DNA from: Fibrobacteria bacterium
GTDB taxonomy: Bacteria > Fibrobacterota > Fibrobacteria > UBA11236 > JADFYW01
Length of the DNA stretch: 64,000 nucleotides
Direction: 5' to 3'
NCBI GenBank assembly: GCA_050294405.1
Contig: JBNKOC010000028.1
Location: forward strand, 384,001 to 448,000
Part shown: positions 55,807 to 64,000 of the stretch, piece after piece
How positions within the stretch are numbered: position 1 is the stretch's first letter
Layout of the letters: every line of letters begins with the position of its first letter
Program-made: the position numbers and the translations under genes
Notes under the pieces: generated by a model
Databases searched by the model: none
Seen by the model: only the letters and a program-made list of their open reading frames with translations
Told to the model about the DNA's origin: nothing

Positions 55807-56967
55807 ATGACGAAAAGGGAATTCATGAGGACACCCAATTTTTTTAGATATTGGGTTATTGGGGCTAAAATAGGCCTCTCGTTTATTTTATTTTCCTGTG
55901 TAACCAAAGTTATTGGTCCCTTTAAATACGATAACTCTAATATTTTAATTCTGGATGTTAATCCCAGGGAATTTCATTCACCGGATGAAATAATGAATTT
56001 GCTGGAGCGCAGCTCTATTCAATTTACTCTGAAAGAGCAGCCCGGCGAAGTGAATAACGATTTAACCGGGGGCTTTAACGAAAACATAAAAGTAGACCCC
56101 TACATGAATACAAAATCCAGGGGGCGGCAAAAAAGGCTTTTTTACGATTATCCGGCGGAAGAGCTAAAAAGGATGTGGCAGGAAGGAGAAAGCAATGCAA
56201 TTAACAACAACCAGCCTGGATGTATAGCAGCTTTTACCAAGGCCATTCAGTACTCGTCGAAATATTGGAAGACCTATACGGAATTTGGGAAAAATCTAAT
56301 TACCCTTAAACAATATGACGAGGCCATTGCCCATTTGAATAAGGCCATTGCCATGAATGATATTGACTATGAAGCCTACCTGTACAGAGCTAAAGCTTAT
56401 TTACATAAACAAAATAAGACCCAGGCGAAAAAAGATTTAACCTATGCTTTTATGTTAAATAAAAACGATGGAGAAGTTAGAAATCAGTTGTATTATTTAC
56501 TGCAATCTACGGGAAACAGCATTCGCAGAAACCGCTATGACTTTGGTTTTAGAGTTAAAAAGGAGTCGGATAAACTGGTGACCATTGAAGTGGAAAAAAA
56601 CAGGGGTGAAATTAATTTGGCCCTGGCTACCTGCCTTGTGGCTTGGGATTATGTGGAAAACTACAAAGAGACCATGCTAAAGGGAAAACAAGATACTTTG
56701 GGCCTTTTAAAATATAAAGAATGTTTGATGACCCAGGCCTTAGGTCTTAGCGCCTTGATGAAAAAACAAAGAGATGTGGTATTGCCTAAGCAGCAAAGTT
56801 ATTTGTATGTGTCTATTATAGATAAATCTATTGATCCTATTGTGCTCTGGGAATTTGGAGCAAGCTTAGATCCCTTTTCCATACTATTGACCACAGAAGC
56901 CCAAAAAGAAAAAATTGTGAGGTATATTGAGCGATATGTATATGTGTCCTCCCAATACCGGGGCTAA
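55807..56967 (+). CDS. TPR-containing probable lipoprotein
   Basis: LFSC lipobox; TPRs YTEFGKNL...YDEAIAHLNKAI and AYLYRAKAY. Confidence 0.75.
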   Translation: MTKREFMRTPNFFRYWVIGAKIGLSFILFSCVTKVIGPFKYDNSNILILDVNPREFHSPDEIMNLLERSSIQFTLKEQPGEVNNDLTGGFNENIKVDPYMNTKSRGRQKRLFYDYPAEELKRMWQEGESNAINNNQPGCIAAFTKAIQYSSKYWKTYTEFGKNLITLKQYDEAIAHLNKAIAMNDIDYEAYLYRAKAYLHKQNKTQAKKDLTYAFMLNKNDGEVRNQLYYLLQSTGNSIRRNRYDFGFRVKKESDKLVTIEVEKNRGEINLALATCLVAWDYVENYKETMLKGKQDTLGLLKYKECLMTQALGLSALMKKQRDVVLPKQQSYLYVSIIDKSIDPIVLWEFGASLDPFSILLTTEAQKEKIVRYIERYVYVSSQYRG

Positions 56968-57932
56968 ACTAAAAGCAATAAGGCTCCGACAAAAACCACA
57001 AAACTGACAGTTAAAACTACAGCTAACATATGGGCTCTGTGCATATCCTCGGGTAGGGCTCCTTCTCGGTCAAGCTTATGGCCCAACCATAAATCAGTAA
57101 CCAAAGCGCCGTTGTTATAGATGGGGCCTATTAGCTTGATTTTCAAAGCGCCGGCGAATGCGGCTTCCGACCAACCTGAATTTGGCCCAGGTATTAATTT
57201 GTGCTGGCACCACCCTATGTTAAAGGCTTTTAGGCCGGAATATTTTGGCAAAACAAAACTGATTATGCCTGTTAATATATAGGAAATTCGGGCGGGTAGA
57301 AAATTCATAACGTCATCCAGGCGGGCGCCGAACCATCCGAATTGCAGGTAGCGTTCGTTTCTGTATCCCACCATACTGTCCATGGTACTTGCTATTTTAA
57401 ACAACAACATACCCGGCAGCCCAAATAGCAATAGATAAAAAAGAGGGCTTATAACGCCGTCCACTGTATTTTCAGATACGCTTTCAATTCCTGCTCTGGC
57501 GCAGGCTTTGTAATCCATTTTTTCGATGTCCCGCCCCACTAATTGGGCTGCATTTTGTCGGGCAAGGCTAATGTTATTTTTTTCAATGGCGCTTTTTATT
57601 CTTTGGGAATGTATTAGCAAATCTTTAAGGGCTATAAAATTATAAGCAAGGCCAAGATCAAATATAAAAGCTAACAAGGGTAATAAACCGTATAAAAATT
57701 TGTGCAGCAAATAGTATAGAGTCAAAAATATTAGGGTTAAACTAAGGCCTAAAATAATTCCTCCCATTTTATTGTTAAGTCCTTTTTGAAATAATATTTT
57801 TTCAAAATGGCTTAAGCATTGTCCGATAATTCTGATTGGATGGTATTTGTATACGGGGTCCCCTAAAAACCAGTCTATCAATAAAGCCAATATGGCTATA
57901 AAAAAATGGTATTGGAAGTGGCCTATTTCCAT
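56964..57932 (-). CDS. cbiB: Adenosylcobinamide-phosphate synthase CbiB (CobD)
   Basis: LGDP..HPI, LVGRD, ESVSENTVDGVISPLFY, TMDSMVGY, ARLDD and PNSGWSEAAFAGAL motifs. Confidence 0.95.
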   Translation of the reverse strand: MEIGHFQYHFFIAILALLIDWFLGDPVYKYHPIRIIGQCLSHFEKILFQKGLNNKMGGIILGLSLTLIFLTLYYLLHKFLYGLLPLLAFIFDLGLAYNFIALKDLLIHSQRIKSAIEKNNISLARQNAAQLVGRDIEKMDYKACARAGIESVSENTVDGVISPLFYLLLFGLPGMLLFKIASTMDSMVGYRNERYLQFGWFGARLDDVMNFLPARISYILTGIISFVLPKYSGLKAFNIGWCQHKLIPGPNSGWSEAAFAGALKIKLIGPIYNNGALVTDLWLGHKLDREGALPEDMHRAHMLAVVLTVSFVVFVGALLLLV

Positions 57933-59041
57933 TTATTTTGCCAGCCCAATGCAATGGCTTTGTAAACAGATGAAAGCTTAGGGGAGTTTGTCCAATTCAG
58001 TTGGGAACGAAAACTGGAAAAATCTTCGGCCTTTGAACTTAAGCTAAGGGCCATTAAACTGCACTGGTTGGATAAAATATTATCTATTACATTAGGAGGA
58101 AAAGTCTCTTGTCGGCACCTGTCCAAAAGGCTGGCTAAAGCATAAGCACTGGAGCATAATTCCGGTTCAAATAATACGGATTCCTTATTTTTTTCCAATA
58201 AATCAAACTCGGATTGGGACAGTAAATTCTTCATGTTATCCATAAAAATCTCTTCTGTAAATCCATATCTGCTGAGGGCATGGGTGAGATTTTTAGTATA
58301 GGATTTTTCCAAACCGTTTTGCCATTTCAGGGCCTGAGTTATGGCTGTTTTAACTGCTCTGCCAATTGATTCTCCTAGTTTGCTGTGGTGTCCGCTCCAA
58401 TGTTTTTCCTGTTTTTTCGGGTCTATAGGGCAGTAAATACAACATTGATCCGTCCCTGTGCCTGTGGCCAAATCTTCGGAATATTTACTGGGAATATATA
58501 AATCCCAAAGAGCAGCGGATTTAGCCTCTGTTAGCATCATAAGAGCCTTGCTAAGGGCAGCCCGACTAAGGGGCCAATTTATAAATAACATTACATTAAT
58601 GGTTCCCGAATTGCTGTTTTCAGGAATGTTATTGTCCTCTTCATGCCAGCTGGCAGGATCTCCAGCCCGGCCGGCATTTCCCCTGACTCCAGCAGTGGCA
58701 ATGGCACATACTTCTAATTCTTTAAAATATTCCACTGCCACCGTGCAATTGGCCATATTTGCTGCGGTACTCATTAAACATGTGTTTTGCGGATTAAGGC
58801 TTAATTGCTCGCAAGTTTCTTTATGGTATTGGATTTGGCCAATTCTGTGGATTTTTTCGGAGAGCTCCAAATGCCCTTTTCCCTCCAGACATTGGTGATT
58901 GATTAAATGGCTAATGTTATCTTTTAAACCTCCATTTACGTAGGAGGTGGAAAGAGTAAGGCCAGGTTTTTGCAAATGGGCAATAACAAAGCGGCCATCC
59001 CGCTCCACTCTTAAAAAAGAGTTTTCGTAAATAACATTCAT
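57923..59041 (-). CDS. cbiZ: Adenosylcobinamide amidohydrolase CbiZ
   Basis: LSTSYVNGG, MSTAANM, TAGVRGNA.RAGDP, GTIN, TEAKSAAL, ATGTGTD and GHHSKLGE motifs; ATGA overlap with pduO. Confidence 0.88.
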   Translation of the reverse strand: MNVIYENSFLRVERDGRFVIAHLQKPGLTLSTSYVNGGLKDNISHLINHQCLEGKGHLELSEKIHRIGQIQYHKETCEQLSLNPQNTCLMSTAANMANCTVAVEYFKELEVCAIATAGVRGNAGRAGDPASWHEEDNNIPENSNSGTINVMLFINWPLSRAALSKALMMLTEAKSAALWDLYIPSKYSEDLATGTGTDQCCIYCPIDPKKQEKHWSGHHSKLGESIGRAVKTAITQALKWQNGLEKSYTKNLTHALSRYGFTEEIFMDNMKNLLSQSEFDLLEKNKESVLFEPELCSSAYALASLLDRCRQETFPPNVIDNILSNQCSLMALSLSSKAEDFSSFRSQLNWTNSPKLSSVYKAIALGWQNKWK

Positions 59042-59625
59042 TTTTTTCCCGGTTCCCAAAGAAATTCTGTCTTTCCTTCAAATTTTAAAATCCAGCGGCT
59101 GAAAACAAATAAAAAATCAGACAAACGATTTATGTATATAAGAATATTGTCTTGTATAGGTTGGGTTTCGTTTTGCCGCCACAATAGTCTTTCCAATCTT
59201 CGGCAGACGGCGCGGGCGACATGGCTATGGGCATTAATCAGGCTTCCCCCTGGAAGAGTAAAAGACTTTAGGGGTTCAAGCTCTTCTAAAAATTTATCAA
59301 TGGCGTTTTCCATATTTTGAATTTGGGAAGAACTAAGTTCTTTATTGCCGCTTATGGCTATTTCTTTGGGTGTGGCAAGCACGCTGCCAATATCGAATAA
59401 TTCGTTTTGAATTTGTTTGAAAATTTCTCGGGAAAAGGAAATAGCCTCCACCGCGTCAAGATTCTCCAGGCCTGTACGGATTAACCCGATATAGCAATTG
59501 AGTTCATCTACGGTTCCATAACATTCTAAAGCAGCATCTCCTTTGGAAATCTTTTTTCCACCCACCAGGCGGGTCATGCCTTTGTCCCCGGTTTTAGTGT
59601 AAATTTTAGTTAGATTAACGGCCAT
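59038..59625 (-). CDS. pduO: PduO-type ATP:cob(I)alamin adenosyltransferase
   Basis: KIYTKTGDKG, YGTVDELN, FTLPGG, ARAVCRRLER and NRLSDFLF motifs. Confidence 0.93.
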   Translation of the reverse strand: MAVNLTKIYTKTGDKGMTRLVGGKKISKGDAALECYGTVDELNCYIGLIRTGLENLDAVEAISFSREIFKQIQNELFDIGSVLATPKEIAISGNKELSSSQIQNMENAIDKFLEELEPLKSFTLPGGSLINAHSHVARAVCRRLERLLWRQNETQPIQDNILIYINRLSDFLFVFSRWILKFEGKTEFLWEPGKK

Positions 59626-59639
59626 TTTTTCTCCTTGGG

Positions 59640-61052
59640 TTAATGGACTGGGACAACCCTGTTGTTTAGGGTGCTTTCCAAATGTTGAGACAAGGTCTTT
59701 GCTAGTAAGTCAAAGGTTGCGTTTAAATTATGCTTGTGGGCATAATTTTTTTTAATTGAATTTTTATAAAAATAAATCTCGGATAAAAAAGAATTTCGAA
59801 AAAAGTCATTTTCGAAAACTCCATGTAAATAACTTCCTCGAAAATTTTGATTGGAATAAAATAGTTTTTGCGGCTGGCTTCTCCCCTTATGGATTTCAAA
59901 CCCCTTCACGGTACTTCCATAAAAAGGCTCTTGGCAACGGGTGCTTTTTGTGATTTTTTCAGCCCGCAATTGGGTCTTTAGTTTTAATAGTCCGAGCCCC
60001 TTGATTTTAGAAATGTTTGAACCTTCCAAATTGTCCGCGTCTTCAAGTGTTTCACCCATAATTTGCAAGCCCCCGCAAATTCCATAAACCACACCCTTGA
60101 AATTAGCAATAACACTTACAAAGCTATTTTGTTCCAACCATTCCATATCTTTAAGGCTATTCTTGGAACCGGGTAGAATAAGGGCGTCGCAATAAGCGAT
60201 TTCATCTGGCTTATGGATTAATTGAAAACCAAATTCTGAGTATTCCCAAAGGGGTTCCAAGTCGGTCAGCAAACTGGCCGAAGGATACATAATAACTCCA
60301 ATGCATCCATCTACGCCTTGGCGATTGCATATGGAAAATGACAGGGAGTCTTCGGCTGGAAGTTTTAATTCAGGAATTTTTGGGAGAGCGCCCAAGCAAG
60401 GAATGTTATCTAAATCCTTAATTTTTTGGATGCCATTAGTTAATAACTCAGCATTTCCCTGAAATTTGTTTAAAATATATCCCACAATTAGCTTGCGCCA
60501 AGGCTTTGGCAATAAATCCAGAGTTCCATGTATGGAAGCAAATGCACCTCCCCTTTCAATGTCGCATATTAGCCAAACTTCTGCATTGGCGTACTCCGCC
60601 ATGGATAGGTTCACCAAATCCGTATTCCATAAATTAATTTCCGCTACGCTTCCTGCGCCTTCTATGATGACCCAATCGTATTCTTGTTGTAATTCATCAA
60701 AAGCCTTCCATGCCAATTTTTGTAATTTGGGTTTTTGCGCAATGAAATCATTGTAAGCCATACGCCCCAGACTTTTCCCCATAACAATAACATCGCTTTC
60801 AAAGTTTCCATAGGGTTTGAGTAAAATGGGGTTCATCCTGGCGTCGGCTGTTATTCCGGCGGCTTTTGCCTGAATGGACTGGGAAATTGATATTTCCTCT
60901 CCGGATTCGCAAACATAGCTATTCAAAGACATATTTTGCGCTTTAAAAGGGCAGGCAGATATTCCATTTGCTTTGGCCCAGGCTAACAAACCGGTTACCA
61001 ACATGGATTTTCCAGAATCGCTCCCAGTTCCGCCGATAAATAAAGCTTGCAT
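59640..61052 (-). CDS. cobQ: Cobyric acid synthase CbiP/CobQ
   Basis: GTGSDSGKS, PFKAQNMSLNS, NPILLKP, IEGAGS, DIERGG, GICGG and YLHG motifs. Confidence 0.95.
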   Translation of the reverse strand: MQALFIGGTGSDSGKSMLVTGLLAWAKANGISACPFKAQNMSLNSYVCESGEEISISQSIQAKAAGITADARMNPILLKPYGNFESDVIVMGKSLGRMAYNDFIAQKPKLQKLAWKAFDELQQEYDWVIIEGAGSVAEINLWNTDLVNLSMAEYANAEVWLICDIERGGAFASIHGTLDLLPKPWRKLIVGYILNKFQGNAELLTNGIQKIKDLDNIPCLGALPKIPELKLPAEDSLSFSICNRQGVDGCIGVIMYPSASLLTDLEPLWEYSEFGFQLIHKPDEIAYCDALILPGSKNSLKDMEWLEQNSFVSVIANFKGVVYGICGGLQIMGETLEDADNLEGSNISKIKGLGLLKLKTQLRAEKITKSTRCQEPFYGSTVKGFEIHKGRSQPQKLFYSNQNFRGSYLHGVFENDFFRNSFLSEIYFYKNSIKKNYAHKHNLNATFDLLAKTLSQHLESTLNNRVVPVH

Positions 61053-62056
61053 TAGAGAAAAACCTCTTTTTTTAATATCTCACAAACATGGGAAATGTTT
61101 TTGCAAATGGATTCTTTTTCATGTATTGTGACAATCCACTGTGGCTTTTCTTCAATAATTCTGACTACTATTTTAATATCCAGACTTTTGCCGTCCCCTG
61201 TCGTAAACCCGATGCGGTTTAAAGCTTTTAAAGTCCAGTTGTAATATTTGGAACTTGCCTCAAGGTATACATTAGATTTAATATTCTTATTGAGCTGTAT
61301 TTCCCCTGATTCGGGTTGAAAATAAAAGCCTTTGCCTTCAAAAGTGTTTTGCAGGGTATCGCTTAACAGAAGGTCCTCGGGGCAGCCTACATGTAAGTTC
61401 TGTTTTTTATCCAGCACTAAGATGTGATCGCTGATTTTAAGGGCCAGGTCCAACTCATGGGTAGAAGCCAAAACTAAAAGGCCCTTTGTGTGAGCTAAAT
61501 CTCTTAACATGGACAAAATATCAATTCGACCTGGTAAATCTAAAAAAGACGTGGGCTCATCCAGAATCAATATTTTTGGGCTTTGGCATAAAGCCCTGGC
61601 AATTTGAACTTTTTGTTTTTCTCCGTCACTCAATTCCATAAATAATCTATGGGAAAAACCAGTCATTCCAGTAAGTTCCAGGGCGGTGGCAATTTCATGT
61701 TTGTCTTGACTGCTTAACTGGCCCAAAAAATTGTTATGAGGGGTCCTACCCATGGAAACAAAGGTGTAAACATCCATATTCCCCAAATTTAACGGTTCTG
61801 TAAGCACTAAAGCTACTTCCTTAGCTAAAGCTATGGCGCTTGTTCCTTCCAGCTTATGTTTGTTTAATACCACTTCCCCACTCAAAGGAGGAATTAAACC
61901 GGAAAGAGTTTTTAGCAGCGTCGATTTTCCAATACCGTTGGGCCCAAGCAGGCAAATCAAATTTCCGGATTGTAGAGTAAAATCAAGGTTTTGATTGACA
62001 GTAAATAACCTTTTTCCTTTTCTATATCCGGTAGTGAGCTTTGTAGCTGATAACAT
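61052..62056 (-). CDS. ABC transporter ATPase (BtuD/FecE-like; corrinoid uptake by context)
   Basis: GPNGIGKST, LSDGEKQK and LDEPT motifs. Confidence 0.9.
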   Translation of the reverse strand: MLSATKLTTGYRKGKRLFTVNQNLDFTLQSGNLICLLGPNGIGKSTLLKTLSGLIPPLSGEVVLNKHKLEGTSAIALAKEVALVLTEPLNLGNMDVYTFVSMGRTPHNNFLGQLSSQDKHEIATALELTGMTGFSHRLFMELSDGEKQKVQIARALCQSPKILILDEPTSFLDLPGRIDILSMLRDLAHTKGLLVLASTHELDLALKISDHILVLDKKQNLHVGCPEDLLLSDTLQNTFEGKGFYFQPESGEIQLNKNIKSNVYLEASSKYYNWTLKALNRIGFTTGDGKSLDIKIVVRIIEEKPQWIVTIHEKESICKNISHVCEILKKEVFL

Positions 62057-62061
62057 AATGT

Positions 62062-63093
62062 TTAGGCCTTAAATCCCGACGAGGAGTACCGGTTTTTAAC
62101 AATTACCCAGAAGATAATAGGGGCTCCTATTAGGGCTGTTACAGAATTTAAAGGCAAAGTTTTTTGAGAACCAGGCAATTGAGAAATAATATCCGCAGCA
62201 AGAGCCATACTACCACCGAGCAGCAATACGGCTGGAATTAAGGTTAAATGCGTTTTTGAGGGGAATAGTCCCCGGCATAAATGGGGAACTGCTAAACCCA
62301 AAAAGGCTATAGGACCGCAAAAGGCGGTTATGGAGCCCGCCAAAAGCGAGGTAGTGATAACAACAACCATTCGGGTTTTGGGTACGGATATGCCCATGGA
62401 CGTGGCGTAATTTTCACCTAGCAGCATGCCGTTTAAAGATTTAACCTGCCAAAGGGAAAGAACGGTTCCTAAACACAAACAAACGGCTAAAATAGAAATT
62501 TGGAAAAAATTGGTTTCGGTAAAATTCCCCAAAGTCCACAACACATACATTTGCAAATTTTCCTGGTTGCTGAAATAAATAAGAAAATTAACTAAGGCCC
62601 CGCTGAAATAGCCTAACATCAGACCTAAAATAAGCAGGGTGGTATTGCTGGGGATTTTTTTCGCCAACAAGGAAATAAATAACATCATACCTCCACTTCC
62701 CAACATGGCGGCCGTAGCTGTTCCCATACTCAACCATTGCCCGACACCAGAAAATATTAAGGGGCCTCCTAAAAGCACAAGCGCTACCCCTAAAGAAGAG
62801 CCCGAACTGATACCGAGCACAAAGGGGCCTGCTAATGAATTTCGGAAAAGGGTCTGCATTAAAAGCCCGCTTAAAGCTAGTCCGCCCCCTGCTAAAAAGG
62901 CAGTTATGGCGCGAGGAAAACGAAAATTTAAAATGATGATTTGCCAGCTTTCCTGGCTGTGAGACCCTTTAATGAGTATTTGAAAAATATCTGAAAAGGG
63001 AATATGTACGGACCCAAAAAAAATATCCAACCCAAATAAGACTATACATAAGAGGGGTAATAATATAAATAGTTTAAAAAAAGAGGTGGTCAT
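62062..63093 (-). CDS. ABC transporter permease (BtuC/FecCD family)
   Basis: RFPRAITA, QTLFRNSLAGPFVLGISSG and GPIAFLGLAVPH motifs. Confidence 0.92.
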   Translation of the reverse strand: MTTSFFKLFILLPLLCIVLFGLDIFFGSVHIPFSDIFQILIKGSHSQESWQIIILNFRFPRAITAFLAGGGLALSGLLMQTLFRNSLAGPFVLGISSGSSLGVALVLLGGPLIFSGVGQWLSMGTATAAMLGSGGMMLFISLLAKKIPSNTTLLILGLMLGYFSGALVNFLIYFSNQENLQMYVLWTLGNFTETNFFQISILAVCLCLGTVLSLWQVKSLNGMLLGENYATSMGISVPKTRMVVVITTSLLAGSITAFCGPIAFLGLAVPHLCRGLFPSKTHLTLIPAVLLLGGSMALAADIISQLPGSQKTLPLNSVTALIGAPIIFWVIVKNRYSSSGFKA

Positions 63094-64000
63094 AGCAAAG
63101 GCTGGTAAAAATACAATTCCTGGTTTTGTAAAAGGGTTGGATGAAAAATTTGAATCATATCCTTTAGCACTAAATGAGGGTTGGTTGTTCCTGTTTCGAA
63201 ATAATCATCTCCCCCCCATTTATTAAGTCTTTTGTTGTGATTGTATATTTTATTGTTTTGGAAAGCGGCAAAATGGCCATATCGCTGGTCGCTGGAAATA
63301 ATTTCCTGCTTGGATTTCCAGCTAGTGGTGTTCAGCCAAAAGTCGGCTTTTTGTGCTTTATTAAGCACGGCTTCAAAAGAAAGGGGAAGCCCTCCTCTAG
63401 TGGAATCTTCTTTCCATAGATAATTTGCACCTGCGTCACTAAAATATTGAGCCGAAAAACTTTTACCTCCTGCGACATGCCAACTTCCTCCATACATAGA
63501 TCCAGAAAATACGCTGGGTTTTTCTTTAACATTAGCCGTTAAACCTTTTAAGTCCAGATAAGAGGAGTCTATCCGGTTAAATATTTTTTGGGCCAAACTG
63601 TCTTTATCTAAAAATGCTGCGACAAAACGAATCCATTCGGCGCGCCCCAATGGGTGGGTTTCCATATATCCAGCGGTCAATATGGCGGGAATCCCCTTGT
63701 TTAACAATTTATTGTGATTATCCCGGTCCGTATTGCCTACGGCAAAGCAAAAAACTGCGTCGGCCTCAAGTTCCAATAGTTTTTCGATATTTACATTCGC
63801 CTGACTACTTACTTCGGTTATTTCCCCTTTTACGATTTTCTGCAAAACCTTGGGGTTATTTATATGAATTTTTTTATCAATGGCCACTATATTATCAACG
63901 GCTCCTAAAGAATCCATAAAAGGTAAATATACGCTGGATAAGCTTACTATTTTTTTAACTGGAGTTTTTACGGTAATATAACCGGATATGTTAGTATCTA
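63090..64000 (-). CDS. Periplasmic binding protein (BtuF-like), 5' end outside the window
   Basis: The frame is open from the window end (DTNISGYITVKTPVKKIVSLSS...); NIEKLLEL, METHPLGRAEW and LSFEAV motifs. Confidence 0.88.
   Translation of the reverse strand, partial: DTNISGYITVKTPVKKIVSLSSVYLPFMDSLGAVDNIVAIDKKIHINNPKVLQKIVKGEITEVSSQANVNIEKLLELEADAVFCFAVGNTDRDNHNKLLNKGIPAILTAGYMETHPLGRAEWIRFVAAFLDKDSLAQKIFNRIDSSYLDLKGLTANVKEKPSVFSGSMYGGSWHVAGGKSFSAQYFSDAGANYLWKEDSTRGGLPLSFEAVLNKAQKADFWLNTTSWKSKQEIISSDQRYGHFAAFQNNKIYNHNKRLNKWGGDDYFETGTTNPHLVLKDMIQIFHPTLLQNQELYFYQPLL

Overview
This is a 64 kb window of bacterial chromosome. It is most likely from a Fibrobacterota lineage; that is an inference from the TIGR02147-type gene, the T9SS-like C-terminal tails and the housekeeping gene style. 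I saw no rRNA, tRNA, CRISPR array, transposase or prophage. From left to right the window holds: (1) a truncated secreted beta-propeller gene missed by the ORF track; (2) a MerR-HTH-led operon of three large tandem GT2-TPR glycosyltransferases behind a sigma54-like promoter; (3) a DUF349 repeat protein and a complete tolQRAB-pal-cpoB cluster; (4) manA, a STAS gene and a pseudo-CheB/REC gene; (5) an M23 peptidase, then lepB, an Ig-like lipoprotein, lptE and dapF; (6) a TIGR02147 + lipoprotein pair divergent from six secreted proteins with T9SS-like tails, the last probably decaying; (7) a stand-alone Cys-free rpsD and an active/inactive DUF3857-transglutaminase pair; (8) PAP2, lipA, a nitrilase-family amidase, a divergent SelO-like protein, cheX and ychF; (9) a btuFCD-cbiP-pduO-cbiZ-cbiB corrinoid salvage operon running off the right edge. 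The strongest non-obvious observations are three. The first is a 239-bp MITE-like element whose removal restores a TTGA-coupled lipA/amidase junction, with at least three remnants elsewhere and a covarying hairpin. The second is an orphan promoter plus two-hairpin RNA downstream of ychF. The third is the TIGR02147/lipoprotein/secretome module with a candidate operator. All family calls come from motif recognition by eye; no database searches were run.
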